Under the pieces are notes generated by a model. The model was given only the letters and a program-made list of their open reading frames with translations. It was not told the origin of the DNA and did not search any database. 64,000 bases of DNA from an uncultured Desulfobulbaceae bacterium (GTDB taxonomy: Bacteria > Desulfobacterota > Dissulfuribacteria > Dissulfuribacterales > DYLC01): assembly GCA_964427245.1 (NCBI GenBank), contig CAYRSX010000040.1, forward strand, positions 91,258-155,257, in the 5' to 3' direction. The translations under genes were made by a program, and so were the position numbers. Shown piece after piece: positions 8,385-16,534 of the stretch (position 1 is the first letter of the stretch; each line of letters opens with the position of its first letter).

Positions 8385-8618
8385 ATGAAAATCGAAATAT
8401 TAGGTCCTGGTTGTGCAGGTTGTCAGCAGCTTGCCAAGAATGCCGAAGAGGCGGCCAAAGCCCTGAATCTCTCTTATGAAATAGTAAAGGTAACTGATAT
8501 GGCAAAGATCATTGGTTATGGAGTAATATCCACGCCGGGGATTGTGGTGGACGGTAAGCTCAAGGGTTCAGGGAAGCTTTTTACAGTGGATGAGATAAAG
8601 GGCTTTCTTGCCGGTTGA
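8385..8618 (+). CDS. thioredoxin-fold redox-active disulfide protein 2 family
   Basis: 'MKIEILGPGCAGCQQL...VISTPGIVVDGKL' is a 77-aa CxxC protein. It has an AGGAGG RBS and is typically linked to ArsR/permease pairs. Confidence 0.75.
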   Translation: MKIEILGPGCAGCQQLAKNAEEAAKALNLSYEIVKVTDMAKIIGYGVISTPGIVVDGKLKGSGKLFTVDEIKGFLAG

Positions 8619-8620
8619 TT

Positions 8621-8661
8621 CAATAAAAAACGCCACGTCACCATGATAATGGGTCGTGGCG
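8621..8661 (-). terminator. rho-independent terminator of the psiE-like gene
   Basis: Stem cgccacg (8631-8637) pairs with cgtggcg (8655-8661). On the minus strand it is followed by TTTTTTATT. Confidence 0.55.
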
Positions 8662-8676
8662 TCAATGGGTACATGG

Positions 8677-9174
8677 TTAACAGGAGCCGTCGGTTTGAAC
8701 TTTGGCGGAATTCCGCAATACCCAGACGGCTGCCACCAATATCAGTATCAATCCCCCCAGTATCGCAGTTTCTATCATGGCGTTTTGAAATGTCTGAGCG
8801 GTTTGAGGTGCTTCCGCATGGGCTGTCTGCAGGGAGATGATGAGTATGCGCCGAATGCTCGCTATGATTCCCACGAACAGAAACGGTTCTATGCAGGCAT
8901 GGAGTCTGCCTTTTAATACCACTTCCACTGTGTGAAATATCTCTAGAAACATGAGGGCGAGCAGCAGATTGTCCACGGAGTGAAAGATGACAGAGAAGAA
9001 GGTGGCCCCTTGTTCGAAGATGTGCAGAAGGCCAAGGACGGCATTCCAGACAGAGAGTATGGCGGTGCAGAGCAACCCTACTCCTATGACCAAATAGAGC
9101 AAGTGTTCTATTTGAAGACAGAGATTGCGGGATTTCTGTTCCCAACAGGGGATCGCATTCTCTTTGTTACTCAT
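8677..9174 (-). CDS. PsiE-like (phosphate-starvation-inducible E family) membrane protein
   Basis: Four hydrophobic segments. 'LLLALMFLEIFHTVEVVL...FLFVGIIASIRRILII' follows the PsiE pattern. The overlapping 209-aa frame (8516-9145) has a Ser/Arg/His-rich, non-protein-like composition. Confidence 0.5.
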   Translation of the reverse strand: MSNKENAIPCWEQKSRNLCLQIEHLLYLVIGVGLLCTAILSVWNAVLGLLHIFEQGATFFSVIFHSVDNLLLALMFLEIFHTVEVVLKGRLHACIEPFLFVGIIASIRRILIISLQTAHAEAPQTAQTFQNAMIETAILGGLILILVAAVWVLRNSAKVQTDGSC

Positions 9175-9200
9175 ATGAATTTCCTCGTTTTTTTGATTTA

Positions 9201-10049
9201 TTATGCAAATTCAGCCATTATTTTCTGCAAGTTGTTCGAATTCATGGCCTGCGATGAAAAATCCTCGGTAGCGGGCCTGAAAGCCCTGTCCGTAGTATCA
9301 TGTCGCTTTTCATACAGCACGCCAAGAGGGATTCTGTCCTCTGATTCCATGGCCTTTTCTAGAGCGGAGATTTGGTTGCCGGAGTCATGTGTTTCGGTAA
9401 GTTCATAGCAGCGTTCTCTGTACCATGCATAGGTATTTACCTTATTAAAGGAGACGCATGGTTGCAGTATGTCCACAATGGCCAGGCCTTTGTACTGAAC
9501 GGCCTTTGCCATGAGCTTCGTCAGGTGATCCGGCATGCCTGCAAAGCCTCGCGCCACGAAGCCGGCGCCCATAACGATTGCTACCGCCAGTGGATTGAAT
9601 GGAATTGCTGAATTGCCTTTGGGTTGTGCCTTGGTTACGAAGCCTTGTGGCGATGTGGGGCTGGCCTGGCCCTTGGTAAGTCCATATATGCGATTATTAT
9701 GTACAAAAAGGGTGATGTCCGGATTCTTGCGAATGGCCGCCAAAAAATGATTACCGCCTTCCCCGTACACACAGCCGTCTCCGCTTTCCACTATGACGGT
9801 GAGCCTTGGATTGGCCAGTTTGGCACCCATGGCTACAGGAATTGCCCTGCCGTGCAGGCCGTTAAAACAGTTGCAACGCAGATAATGAGGGGTCTTGGCT
9901 GCCTGGCCTATGCCTGATACAATGAGGATGTCCTGGGGCTTGAGTCCGCATTGCACCATTGCCTTTTTAAGACTGTTCAATATGCCGAAATTGCCACAGC
10001 CTGGACACCATGCCGTTTCAAAGTTTCCATAATCCTCTATCCCGGCCAT
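9201..10049 (-). CDS. korB: 2-oxoacid:ferredoxin oxidoreductase, beta (TPP-binding) subunit
   Basis: 'WCPGCGNFGIL' and 'ESGDGCVYGEGGNH' are TPP-binding motifs. Confidence 0.85.
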   Translation of the reverse strand: MAGIEDYGNFETAWCPGCGNFGILNSLKKAMVQCGLKPQDILIVSGIGQAAKTPHYLRCNCFNGLHGRAIPVAMGAKLANPRLTVIVESGDGCVYGEGGNHFLAAIRKNPDITLFVHNNRIYGLTKGQASPTSPQGFVTKAQPKGNSAIPFNPLAVAIVMGAGFVARGFAGMPDHLTKLMAKAVQYKGLAIVDILQPCVSFNKVNTYAWYRERCYELTETHDSGNQISALEKAMESEDRIPLGVLYEKRHDTTDRAFRPATEDFSSQAMNSNNLQKIMAEFA

Positions 10050-10093
10050 AATATCACCTTTTTATCATTGATAATTCTGTAAAATTCAGTATG

Positions 10094-10186
10094 GCTGTCA
10101 TTGCGGAGAGCGAAGTAACTCGGCAAGTTAGCTTTTTTGAACAATTACAGCTCTTGAGATTGCTTCACTGCGTTCGCAATGACAGC
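10094..10186. repeat. composite palindrome of two inverted 'gctgtcattgcg..gaag.aa' repeat cores
   Basis: Left arm 10094-10121 and right arm 10156-10186 are reverse complements at 'gctgtcattgcg' and 'gaag.aa.tc'. Same family as the copies at 23297, 45008, 45105 and 49329. Confidence 0.8.
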
Positions 10187-10240
10187 TTTTTTGTTTTTTT
10201 ATGGGAGCATCATAGCTAATGCCCGAATAATTAAAAACTG

Positions 10241-10750
10241 TTAGATATTTTTTAGTGCAGCAAGGGCCTGCACATAATTCGGTTCGTGTTTGATTTCAGG
10301 TACGATTTGTTGGTAAATCAGCATGTCTTGTTTGTCTATAACGAAGATAGCGCGAGCCAGCAGTCTTAGTTCTTTAATAAGCACTCCATAGTTCATTCCA
10401 AAAGAGGCATCTCTGTGGTCAGAAAGGGCCACTACTCGATCTATGCCGTTTGTGGTACAAAATCTGGCCAAGGCAAAGGGCAGATCCATACTGATATTCA
10501 ATACTACAACGTCCCCTGAAAGGTTGCTAGCCTCCTGATTGAAACGCCGAATCTGAAGATCGCATACAGGTGTATCCAACGAAGGTGTCACGCTTATTAC
10601 TTTGATTTTCCCTGCAAAATTAGATAGTGTAATCGTGGACAGCTCCTGATTCAATACACTGAAATCAGGGGCTTTGGTGTTCAATTTTAGCTCTGGCCCC
10701 AAAAGTGTAATTGGGTTTCCTTGAAGTGTGACGATGCCTTTTCTTTCCAT
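10241..10750 (-). CDS. tpx: thiol peroxidase (atypical 2-Cys peroxiredoxin)
   Basis: 'KAPDFSVLNQELSTITLSNFAGKIKVISVTPSLDTPVCDLQIRRFNQEA' is the Tpx signature with the peroxidatic Cys. Confidence 0.85.
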   Translation of the reverse strand: MERKGIVTLQGNPITLLGPELKLNTKAPDFSVLNQELSTITLSNFAGKIKVISVTPSLDTPVCDLQIRRFNQEASNLSGDVVVLNISMDLPFALARFCTTNGIDRVVALSDHRDASFGMNYGVLIKELRLLARAIFVIDKQDMLIYQQIVPEIKHEPNYVQALAALKNI

Positions 10751-10785
10751 GTCATGTCTCCTGTGAGTTTTGGAATATTTTGAGA

Positions 10786-12456
10786 TTATTGAAGAATATA
10801 TTCTGCTGTAATGGGCATTCCGTCATAACGAAGTACATGTTTTGTAATGTGAAAACCGCTCTCTCTGCGCAACAGACGGGCGAATTGGCCGGTGGCATTG
10901 CCCTCCACCGCTATTACTTCATTGGCAGCTTGCAAGCGGTTTAGAAAGTGTGCTGGATTCAGTGGCCAGACCTGTGAGAAGTGCAAATTGGCCACAGACT
11001 CTCCACGGTTTCTCAAAATATTTCCTGCCTCCAAGGCAGGGCCATAGGTGGAACCCCAGGATAAAAATAGTCGTTTTGGGCTTTCTGGTCCCACATAGAC
11101 AGGTGGAATGATGTCTTCAGATAATCGGCGGAGCTTTTTAAGCCGTTTTTCCACCATCTGCTTTCTGACAATCAGATTCTCTGTTAGATGACCATCTTCA
11201 GTGTGTTCATCACTGTCGGCTACTACGAGTTGGTCTGTAATGCCCGGTAACAGACGGGGTGAGATGCCGTTTCGAGTGATTTTATAGCGCAGATAGGGGA
11301 TGTCCAGTCCTTCGAGGGTTGTTTCCCCAGTGCTGATTGGTTTAAGGTTGGAGGTATCGAATGGTTCCACAGTTTGGTATGAGTCTGCAAGAAATTGGTC
11401 TGTCAACAGAAATATAGGCCCTTGACTGGTCTCGGCCAGGTGAAATGCCCTGTAAGTAAGTTCAAAACATTCCTCAACAGTCCCTGGTGTCAGAATGGCC
11501 CTGGGAAACTCTCCATGTCCTGCATGTAAAATGAATTCCAGGTCGGCCTGTTCTGTTCGAGTAGGCAGGCCGGTGGCAGGCCCTGGTCTTTGGGCCACCA
11601 CTATCACGATGGGAGTTTCAGTCATTCCTGCCAGACTGACTCCTTCGGTCATCAGGGCAAAACCTCCGCCTGAAGTGGCCACCATGCTTGGAGCACCGGC
11701 AAAAGACGCTCCGATGGCCATGTTTATGGCTGCAATTTCGTCCTCTGTCTGTTCAACTGTCAGTCCCATTTCATCGGCATGAGATGCCAGAAGTATGGGA
11801 ATGGAAGTGGCAGGAGTCATGGGATAGAAGGCGCAGAATTTCATACCGGCTGCTATGGCGCCTAATGCTATTGCCTGGTTGCCGTTTAACATGATTCGTT
11901 TTACGATTTCGCCTTCATTGGTAGGCAAGTTTTTTTGCAGCCCGCTTATCTGTTGTAACCATGCCCTGGTCCGTTGAAAGGTCTCTATGTTTTCATTTAG
12001 GGTGTCTGCATGTTTTTTGCCGAGGCCCTCTTTGAACAGCGCGATGAAGGTGGTGTCCTGGAGTTGTAGTATTTCTGCAAGCACTCCTATGGCGATGGTA
12101 TTTTCCATGAGGGGCTGCCCGAGCTTCTTAAAAGGCACGCTGATGGCCTGTGGATGCGTTGGTTTGTCTTCAGCCCGGCAGATAGCTATTCCTTGTGGTG
12201 CCAGTCGGTTGCCGTGTAGCTTAAGGGTTTTACTGTTTAATGCTACTAATATGTCGATGGTCTGAATTGGAGAGAGCAGTGGGGCATTCCCGATGAGGAG
12301 AGTGAAAGTGTTGTTGCCTCCTCGAATTCTGGACTGATAGTCCTGAGTGACCAACACGAACAGCCCTTTTCTTATGAGGGCCTTACACAGCATCTCGCCG
12401 ATTGTTACGATTCCTTGGCCGGCTTCGCCTCCGATGCAGATGTTTAATCTTTGCAT
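10786..12456 (-). CDS. korA: 2-oxoacid:ferredoxin oxidoreductase, fused gamma-alpha subunit
   Basis: The N-terminus 'ICIGGEAGQGIVTIGEML' is gamma-type, followed by 'FYPMTPATSI' and 'ATSGGGFALM' alpha-subunit motifs. Confidence 0.85.
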   Translation of the reverse strand: MQRLNICIGGEAGQGIVTIGEMLCKALIRKGLFVLVTQDYQSRIRGGNNTFTLLIGNAPLLSPIQTIDILVALNSKTLKLHGNRLAPQGIAICRAEDKPTHPQAISVPFKKLGQPLMENTIAIGVLAEILQLQDTTFIALFKEGLGKKHADTLNENIETFQRTRAWLQQISGLQKNLPTNEGEIVKRIMLNGNQAIALGAIAAGMKFCAFYPMTPATSIPILLASHADEMGLTVEQTEDEIAAINMAIGASFAGAPSMVATSGGGFALMTEGVSLAGMTETPIVIVVAQRPGPATGLPTRTEQADLEFILHAGHGEFPRAILTPGTVEECFELTYRAFHLAETSQGPIFLLTDQFLADSYQTVEPFDTSNLKPISTGETTLEGLDIPYLRYKITRNGISPRLLPGITDQLVVADSDEHTEDGHLTENLIVRKQMVEKRLKKLRRLSEDIIPPVYVGPESPKRLFLSWGSTYGPALEAGNILRNRGESVANLHFSQVWPLNPAHFLNRLQAANEVIAVEGNATGQFARLLRRESGFHITKHVLRYDGMPITAEYILQ

Positions 12457-12792
12457 GATGTTAACCTCTTTCTCATTCCTTGAGGGTTATCGGCTTGTAA
12501 ACAATGTTGGCGTAGCACATAATAAGCCCTGCTGGTGCATTGTCTTTTCATATGTTGTGTCGATTAATTTATGTTCAATATTGCCGCGGCTTCAATGAGT
12601 TGGATTTCAGGCATGCTCTCATGCAGTATTTTTATTATTGTCTGTTTTTATTTTAAGCTCGCAGTTATCGGAATGCAAGCGGAATAATGGCAGGTTGTTG
12701 CAATATGACGGGGTGCAATTTAAGGTATTTTGTGTTAAAGAATTCCTATTCAGGTGTTACATTTGAAGGGGATAAACTGAAGGAGGATTGCA

Positions 12793-13164
12793 ATGCCCAT
12801 GCGTGCCAACGAAAAGAGACGATACAGGCGAATATATTTTGATTCAGCGGATTGGATGATGGCCACATTTGAACCTCTGAAATTGGGTGAGCCGCCGTTT
12901 CATGGGCAGCTTATGAACGTTTCTATAAACGGCCTGGCCTTTCAGCTTGTGGACGATATTCAGCTGCATGCCGGAGATACACTGATGCTTACGCATCTTG
13001 ATGGCAGATTGCCAATCACTTTCAGCGGAAGATTGCAATTGCAGGTCAAGTGGGTTATGGCCAATAATTTTTTTGAGCATCTTGCTATCGGGTGTGAATT
13101 TATCAATCCGCCTCGTGAGTTTACTGACAGACTTGGTAGCTTTATCTATAATGAGGTCAAGTGA
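12793..13164 (+). CDS. PilZ domain protein (c-di-GMP receptor type)
   Basis: Carries 'RRYRR' (RxxxR) and 'NVSINGLAF' (D/NxSxxG). AGGAGG RBS upstream. Confidence 0.75.
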   Translation: MPMRANEKRRYRRIYFDSADWMMATFEPLKLGEPPFHGQLMNVSINGLAFQLVDDIQLHAGDTLMLTHLDGRLPITFSGRLQLQVKWVMANNFFEHLAIGCEFINPPREFTDRLGSFIYNEVK

Positions 13165-13169
13165 GAGGC

Positions 13170-14213
13170 ATGGAGACTATCCTTTTCATTATAGAAAACG
13201 ATACACAATGTTTGAATGATTTCAATAAAATACAAACGTTATACGATAATTATCGAGTGGTATCAGTTGTAAGACATGATAATGTCATCGATGAGATATC
13301 ACAGCAGGATGTCAAGATCATAATAGTCTGCATTCCGGACATAACGACTTATGATTTCGATTTTATTCTTAACCTCACAGAAAATAAATCGGATATACCT
13401 GTCATAGCAGTAGCCGATACGGATATACCTGTGACCACACTGGCTGAAAGATATGACTGTTTTCGTTTTTTATCTGATACGAATCAATTGCAAAAAGCGA
13501 TCGAAGAGGCCATAGAAGCTACTCAAAAAGGTTATATTTCAGGTGTTTCCCTACAGATAGCCTTGCAGATGATAGAGCTGGAGTCGAAAACGTGTCTGAT
13601 AACCATCAAGTCGGAGAATGGAACCGGTGTCTTATTTTTCAAAAATGGGGAGCTGTTCGATGCTAGGTGCGGTGAATTGTCGGGCAAGGAAGCCGCGTTG
13701 GAGATCGTGTCCTGGGACAATGCCTCCATGGAGTTTCAAAATTTCTGTCCCAAAAGGCAAAAAAAAATCGATACCCCCCTGACCTTTCTGCTGCTGGAGG
13801 CATCCCGCAAAAGAGATGAGGGGCTAGAGTCGCCGGAAGAACTGAATGAGGAAGAACAGGAATCATTGTATGAATCGGCAGAGTCGGAGGGAGATCAGTC
13901 AACCTGCAATGTCTCATCTGCGGAACTGTCGAGCGTGGATACCATGGATTTTGACCGCAGAAATACTTTGCTTTCTTATGAAGATATCATGGCAGGTCCA
14001 CTTGCTGTTCAATTAAACGAGATTCAAAAGGCGTTTGCACGCGCCATAGGCCCTATAGCGCGCAATATTTTCAGGCGTCATCTGGAAGAGTGGGCGCGTG
14101 ACAATGTTCTTATAGCGGAAAACCTGGTGCATCTTACCGATATGTTGTGTACCGAGTTGGATGAAGAAGAATTGATAGTGGATTTCAGAAAGGCTGTCAA
14201 AGGGATTTCATGA
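13170..14213 (+). CDS. receiver-like domain + DUF4388 domain protein
   Basis: The N-terminus 'ILFIIEND...KIIIVCIPD' has a CheY-like layout. The central 'LQIALQMIELESKTCLITIKSENGTGVLFFKNGELFDARCGELSGKEAALEIVSW' matches the DUF4388 pattern and is followed by an acidic linker. GTG 13161 overlaps the PilZ stop and is an alternative start. Confidence 0.6.
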   Translation: METILFIIENDTQCLNDFNKIQTLYDNYRVVSVVRHDNVIDEISQQDVKIIIVCIPDITTYDFDFILNLTENKSDIPVIAVADTDIPVTTLAERYDCFRFLSDTNQLQKAIEEAIEATQKGYISGVSLQIALQMIELESKTCLITIKSENGTGVLFFKNGELFDARCGELSGKEAALEIVSWDNASMEFQNFCPKRQKKIDTPLTFLLLEASRKRDEGLESPEELNEEEQESLYESAESEGDQSTCNVSSAELSSVDTMDFDRRNTLLSYEDIMAGPLAVQLNEIQKAFARAIGPIARNIFRRHLEEWARDNVLIAENLVHLTDMLCTELDEEELIVDFRKAVKGIS

Positions 14214-14254
14214 CACGTATTAAATAAATAATCAGTCGACTGTGCTTACAAAAA

Positions 14255-14287
14255 AAGAGGATACTCATGTAACGTGAATATCCTCTT
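14255..14287. terminator. bidirectional rho-independent terminator
   Basis: aagaggata (14255-14263) pairs with tatcctctt (14279-14287). An A-run lies upstream and a T-run downstream, between convergent genes. Confidence 0.7.
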
Positions 14288-14311
14288 TTTTTGTGTTATG
14301 TGATACTGGTG

Positions 14312-15772
14312 TTAAAATTTGCAGTCCAACAACATGTAAACATCCTGCAATGTTTCATCACTCTTTTGAGGGCTGCCAACGTGAATACCGCTAAATGTAT
14401 AATTATAATCTATATATGTATATCCAAGCCTTGCGAATAGATTCTTGTTTAACGGCTGAATGTAGTAGAAATCGTAAACATTGCCTCGTGTGGCCAATTT
14501 GTTGTAGAATTCCAGGCTTGATTGAGTAAATGAGAACCAGTCTTTGCTGCCGTGGTTATATTCGAATCCGAGTTTGGGGTTGTTCAGCATCTCAAGCGGC
14601 ATCGTATATACCAGACCGGCATACAGCGCCCAGCCTGTCTTGGAATCCCTGCCGTCGTTGGAGAGCAGTCCGCCCGCAAACAGAGGCTGGCCGTTGAAGG
14701 TTATTAAAGTGGTTTTGCCATTGGGATGACTTACGTCCATACCAAAGGACAGAAAGGCATCAAAACCTGATTTCATTATGTTCTGTGCCTGTAAATGGGC
14801 GCCGAAGATGTCCATGTCTCCGAGATTGACAGTTGTATTCATAGGCATGTCAACCATATTCCATGCACGTACATAGCTTAAAACCATCAGGCTGTCGGAC
14901 AGAGACGGTATCTGGCTTTCAAAAAATATGCCCAATAGATTTGTGTCATTTATGCCCCAGCCGGAATCCCTGTAATCGGCGAAATCGTCGTCATCCTGGT
15001 AGCCTTTGCCATAGGCAAACCGAAGGCCTGAGTCTTTCCATCCGATATAATGCTCAAGACCTATGGTAGCTATCACACCATCGGCTTCGCCGTCAAAAAG
15101 AAGTGATGGATATGTGGATTGGCGGGGACGATTTTCTCTGAATTCAACAGGAGGGCCCTCGGTGGATGGTTGGCGTCCAAAGGTGATGGCCAGCGGTGCC
15201 GGCATGTTGGGTACTGTCCAGTCCACGTAAGCACGTTCGAAATTTACGTTTGTCGAAGATGCGGCATGGCCGCGATTGAAGTCTGTATAGAAAAACGGAT
15301 TGTCACTGTCTGCCCAATTTTTGGTTACTGCAAGTCGGCCATGAAACAGGAGCTCCTTGGAGATTTCAGCATCCATATTGATTCTGAAACGGCTGCTCCA
15401 GTGATTGTCATTGTGATCCCGCTCTGTTCCAAGAGGAGTCATGTAGTTTTTATCATAAAAATTATCTGCTCTTACTCGGACTTCAGCCCCTAGATTGAGG
15501 CGATCTTTAAGGGTTTTTGTTTCAACTCGATCCAGAGTATCATACATGTCATCGATCTGTTTTTTGACATTTCCGGGTGCAGCGGCCTCCTTGGGTTTGC
15601 TTTCAAGCTGCTCTACCCTTCTTTGCAGGGTATCGAGACGCTCAATAATAGCCTTATATGTATCCGCAGGTATGGTTACGGTCTGCTCTGCCGTTGCCAC
15701 CGATGGAATGATCGCCGAACCTACCCCAAACACGGATGCCAATCCCAAAACTGATACCGTCAAACGGTTCAT
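14312..15772 (-). CDS. putative outer-membrane beta-barrel protein (DUF3373-like)
   Basis: Signal peptide 'LGLASVFGVGSAIIPSVATA', N-terminal coiled coil 'LDTLQRRVEQLE', alternating-polarity strands, and C-terminal '...LLDCKF'. Confidence 0.55.
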   Translation of the reverse strand: MNRLTVSVLGLASVFGVGSAIIPSVATAEQTVTIPADTYKAIIERLDTLQRRVEQLESKPKEAAAPGNVKKQIDDMYDTLDRVETKTLKDRLNLGAEVRVRADNFYDKNYMTPLGTERDHNDNHWSSRFRINMDAEISKELLFHGRLAVTKNWADSDNPFFYTDFNRGHAASSTNVNFERAYVDWTVPNMPAPLAITFGRQPSTEGPPVEFRENRPRQSTYPSLLFDGEADGVIATIGLEHYIGWKDSGLRFAYGKGYQDDDDFADYRDSGWGINDTNLLGIFFESQIPSLSDSLMVLSYVRAWNMVDMPMNTTVNLGDMDIFGAHLQAQNIMKSGFDAFLSFGMDVSHPNGKTTLITFNGQPLFAGGLLSNDGRDSKTGWALYAGLVYTMPLEMLNNPKLGFEYNHGSKDWFSFTQSSLEFYNKLATRGNVYDFYYIQPLNKNLFARLGYTYIDYNYTFSGIHVGSPQKSDETLQDVYMLLDCKF

Positions 15773-15910
15773 AACTACCCTCCTTAATATGACAAATTCT
15801 TATAAACAATAATAAAAATGAAAAGATTGAACATATATATTTTGTGCCACTTTAATGATATGTCCAGTGATATCATGACGACTAAATTATTATTGGGAGT
15901 AATGATATAA

Positions 15911-16216
15911 TTATTTAGGTATGATAGCTGCGGCAGGCTGTTCGTTGTCCGCTGCATGTGATACCAGAAAATCTATGATTTTTGCCATATCCTGCGGCGC
16001 GATGTTTGAGATATCCACAGGATGCCGCGCTCTCTCGAAGTATTTCTTCCAAACAGCCCCAGCCTTTTCTCCGGGGCTGATGACGGCCGCTTGGCCATCT
16101 TTTTTGTGACAGCTGCCACACTTGGACAGAAATAAATTCTGATCGTCAGCGGCCATTACATCCATACTGCCCATCAGAAAGGCACTCGCCATGAGACTGA
16201 CTATGATTTTTCGCAT
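15911..16216 (-). CDS. periplasmic monohaem c-type cytochrome
   Basis: Signal peptide 'MRKIIVSLMASAFLMGSMDVMA' and a single 'CGSCH' haem-attachment motif. GGAGGTG RBS before ATG 16216. Confidence 0.7.
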   Translation of the reverse strand: MRKIIVSLMASAFLMGSMDVMAADDQNLFLSKCGSCHKKDGQAAVISPGEKAGAVWKKYFERARHPVDISNIAPQDMAKIIDFLVSHAADNEQPAAAIIPK

Positions 16217-16534
16217 TCGATACACCTCCACCCCTGTTGTTCTTTGTTATTTGTATAGCACATAAGGTAATCAAAAAACGCCGGACAAGACAACCAGCGA
16301 ATATAATCAAATTGATATGTTGTTCTATCCGGTACCAACAGTATATTTCTTTAATTTAATAATATAGTCAGAAAGATTGTGCAATACCTATTATATAAGG
16401 TTTCGATAATCTATTATATTATGAGGCCTGGCTGCCGAATGCAGCCCATATTTTTATTTTACGGCGACATCCTATTGTCTTTTTATGGTTTTTTGTTTTA
16501 TTGTGAAAAAACAATTTTCACAAGGAGAGACCAC

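Noticed and set aside
8516-9145. 209-aa ORF overlapping the psiE-like gene on the same strand
   Set aside because: It has a Ser/Arg/His/Pro-rich low-complexity composition and no RBS. The alternative frame (8677-9174) encodes a coherent four-helix membrane protein.
12688-12702. Sigma54-like promoter 'TGGCAGgttgTTGCA' upstream of the PilZ gene
   Set aside because: The GG-to-GC spacing is one nucleotide short of the TGGCAC-N5-TTGC consensus, which tolerates little variation. A similar one-short motif lies upstream of yjcH in the intergenic region around 51.1 kb.
16379-16534. 52-codon N-terminal extension of the haem-sensor ORF
   Set aside because: The extension lies in AT-rich promoter-like DNA and encodes Tyr/Ile/Phe-rich nonsense. 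A strong AAGGAGAG RBS precedes the internal ATG at 16535, which is followed by a typical TM anchor.
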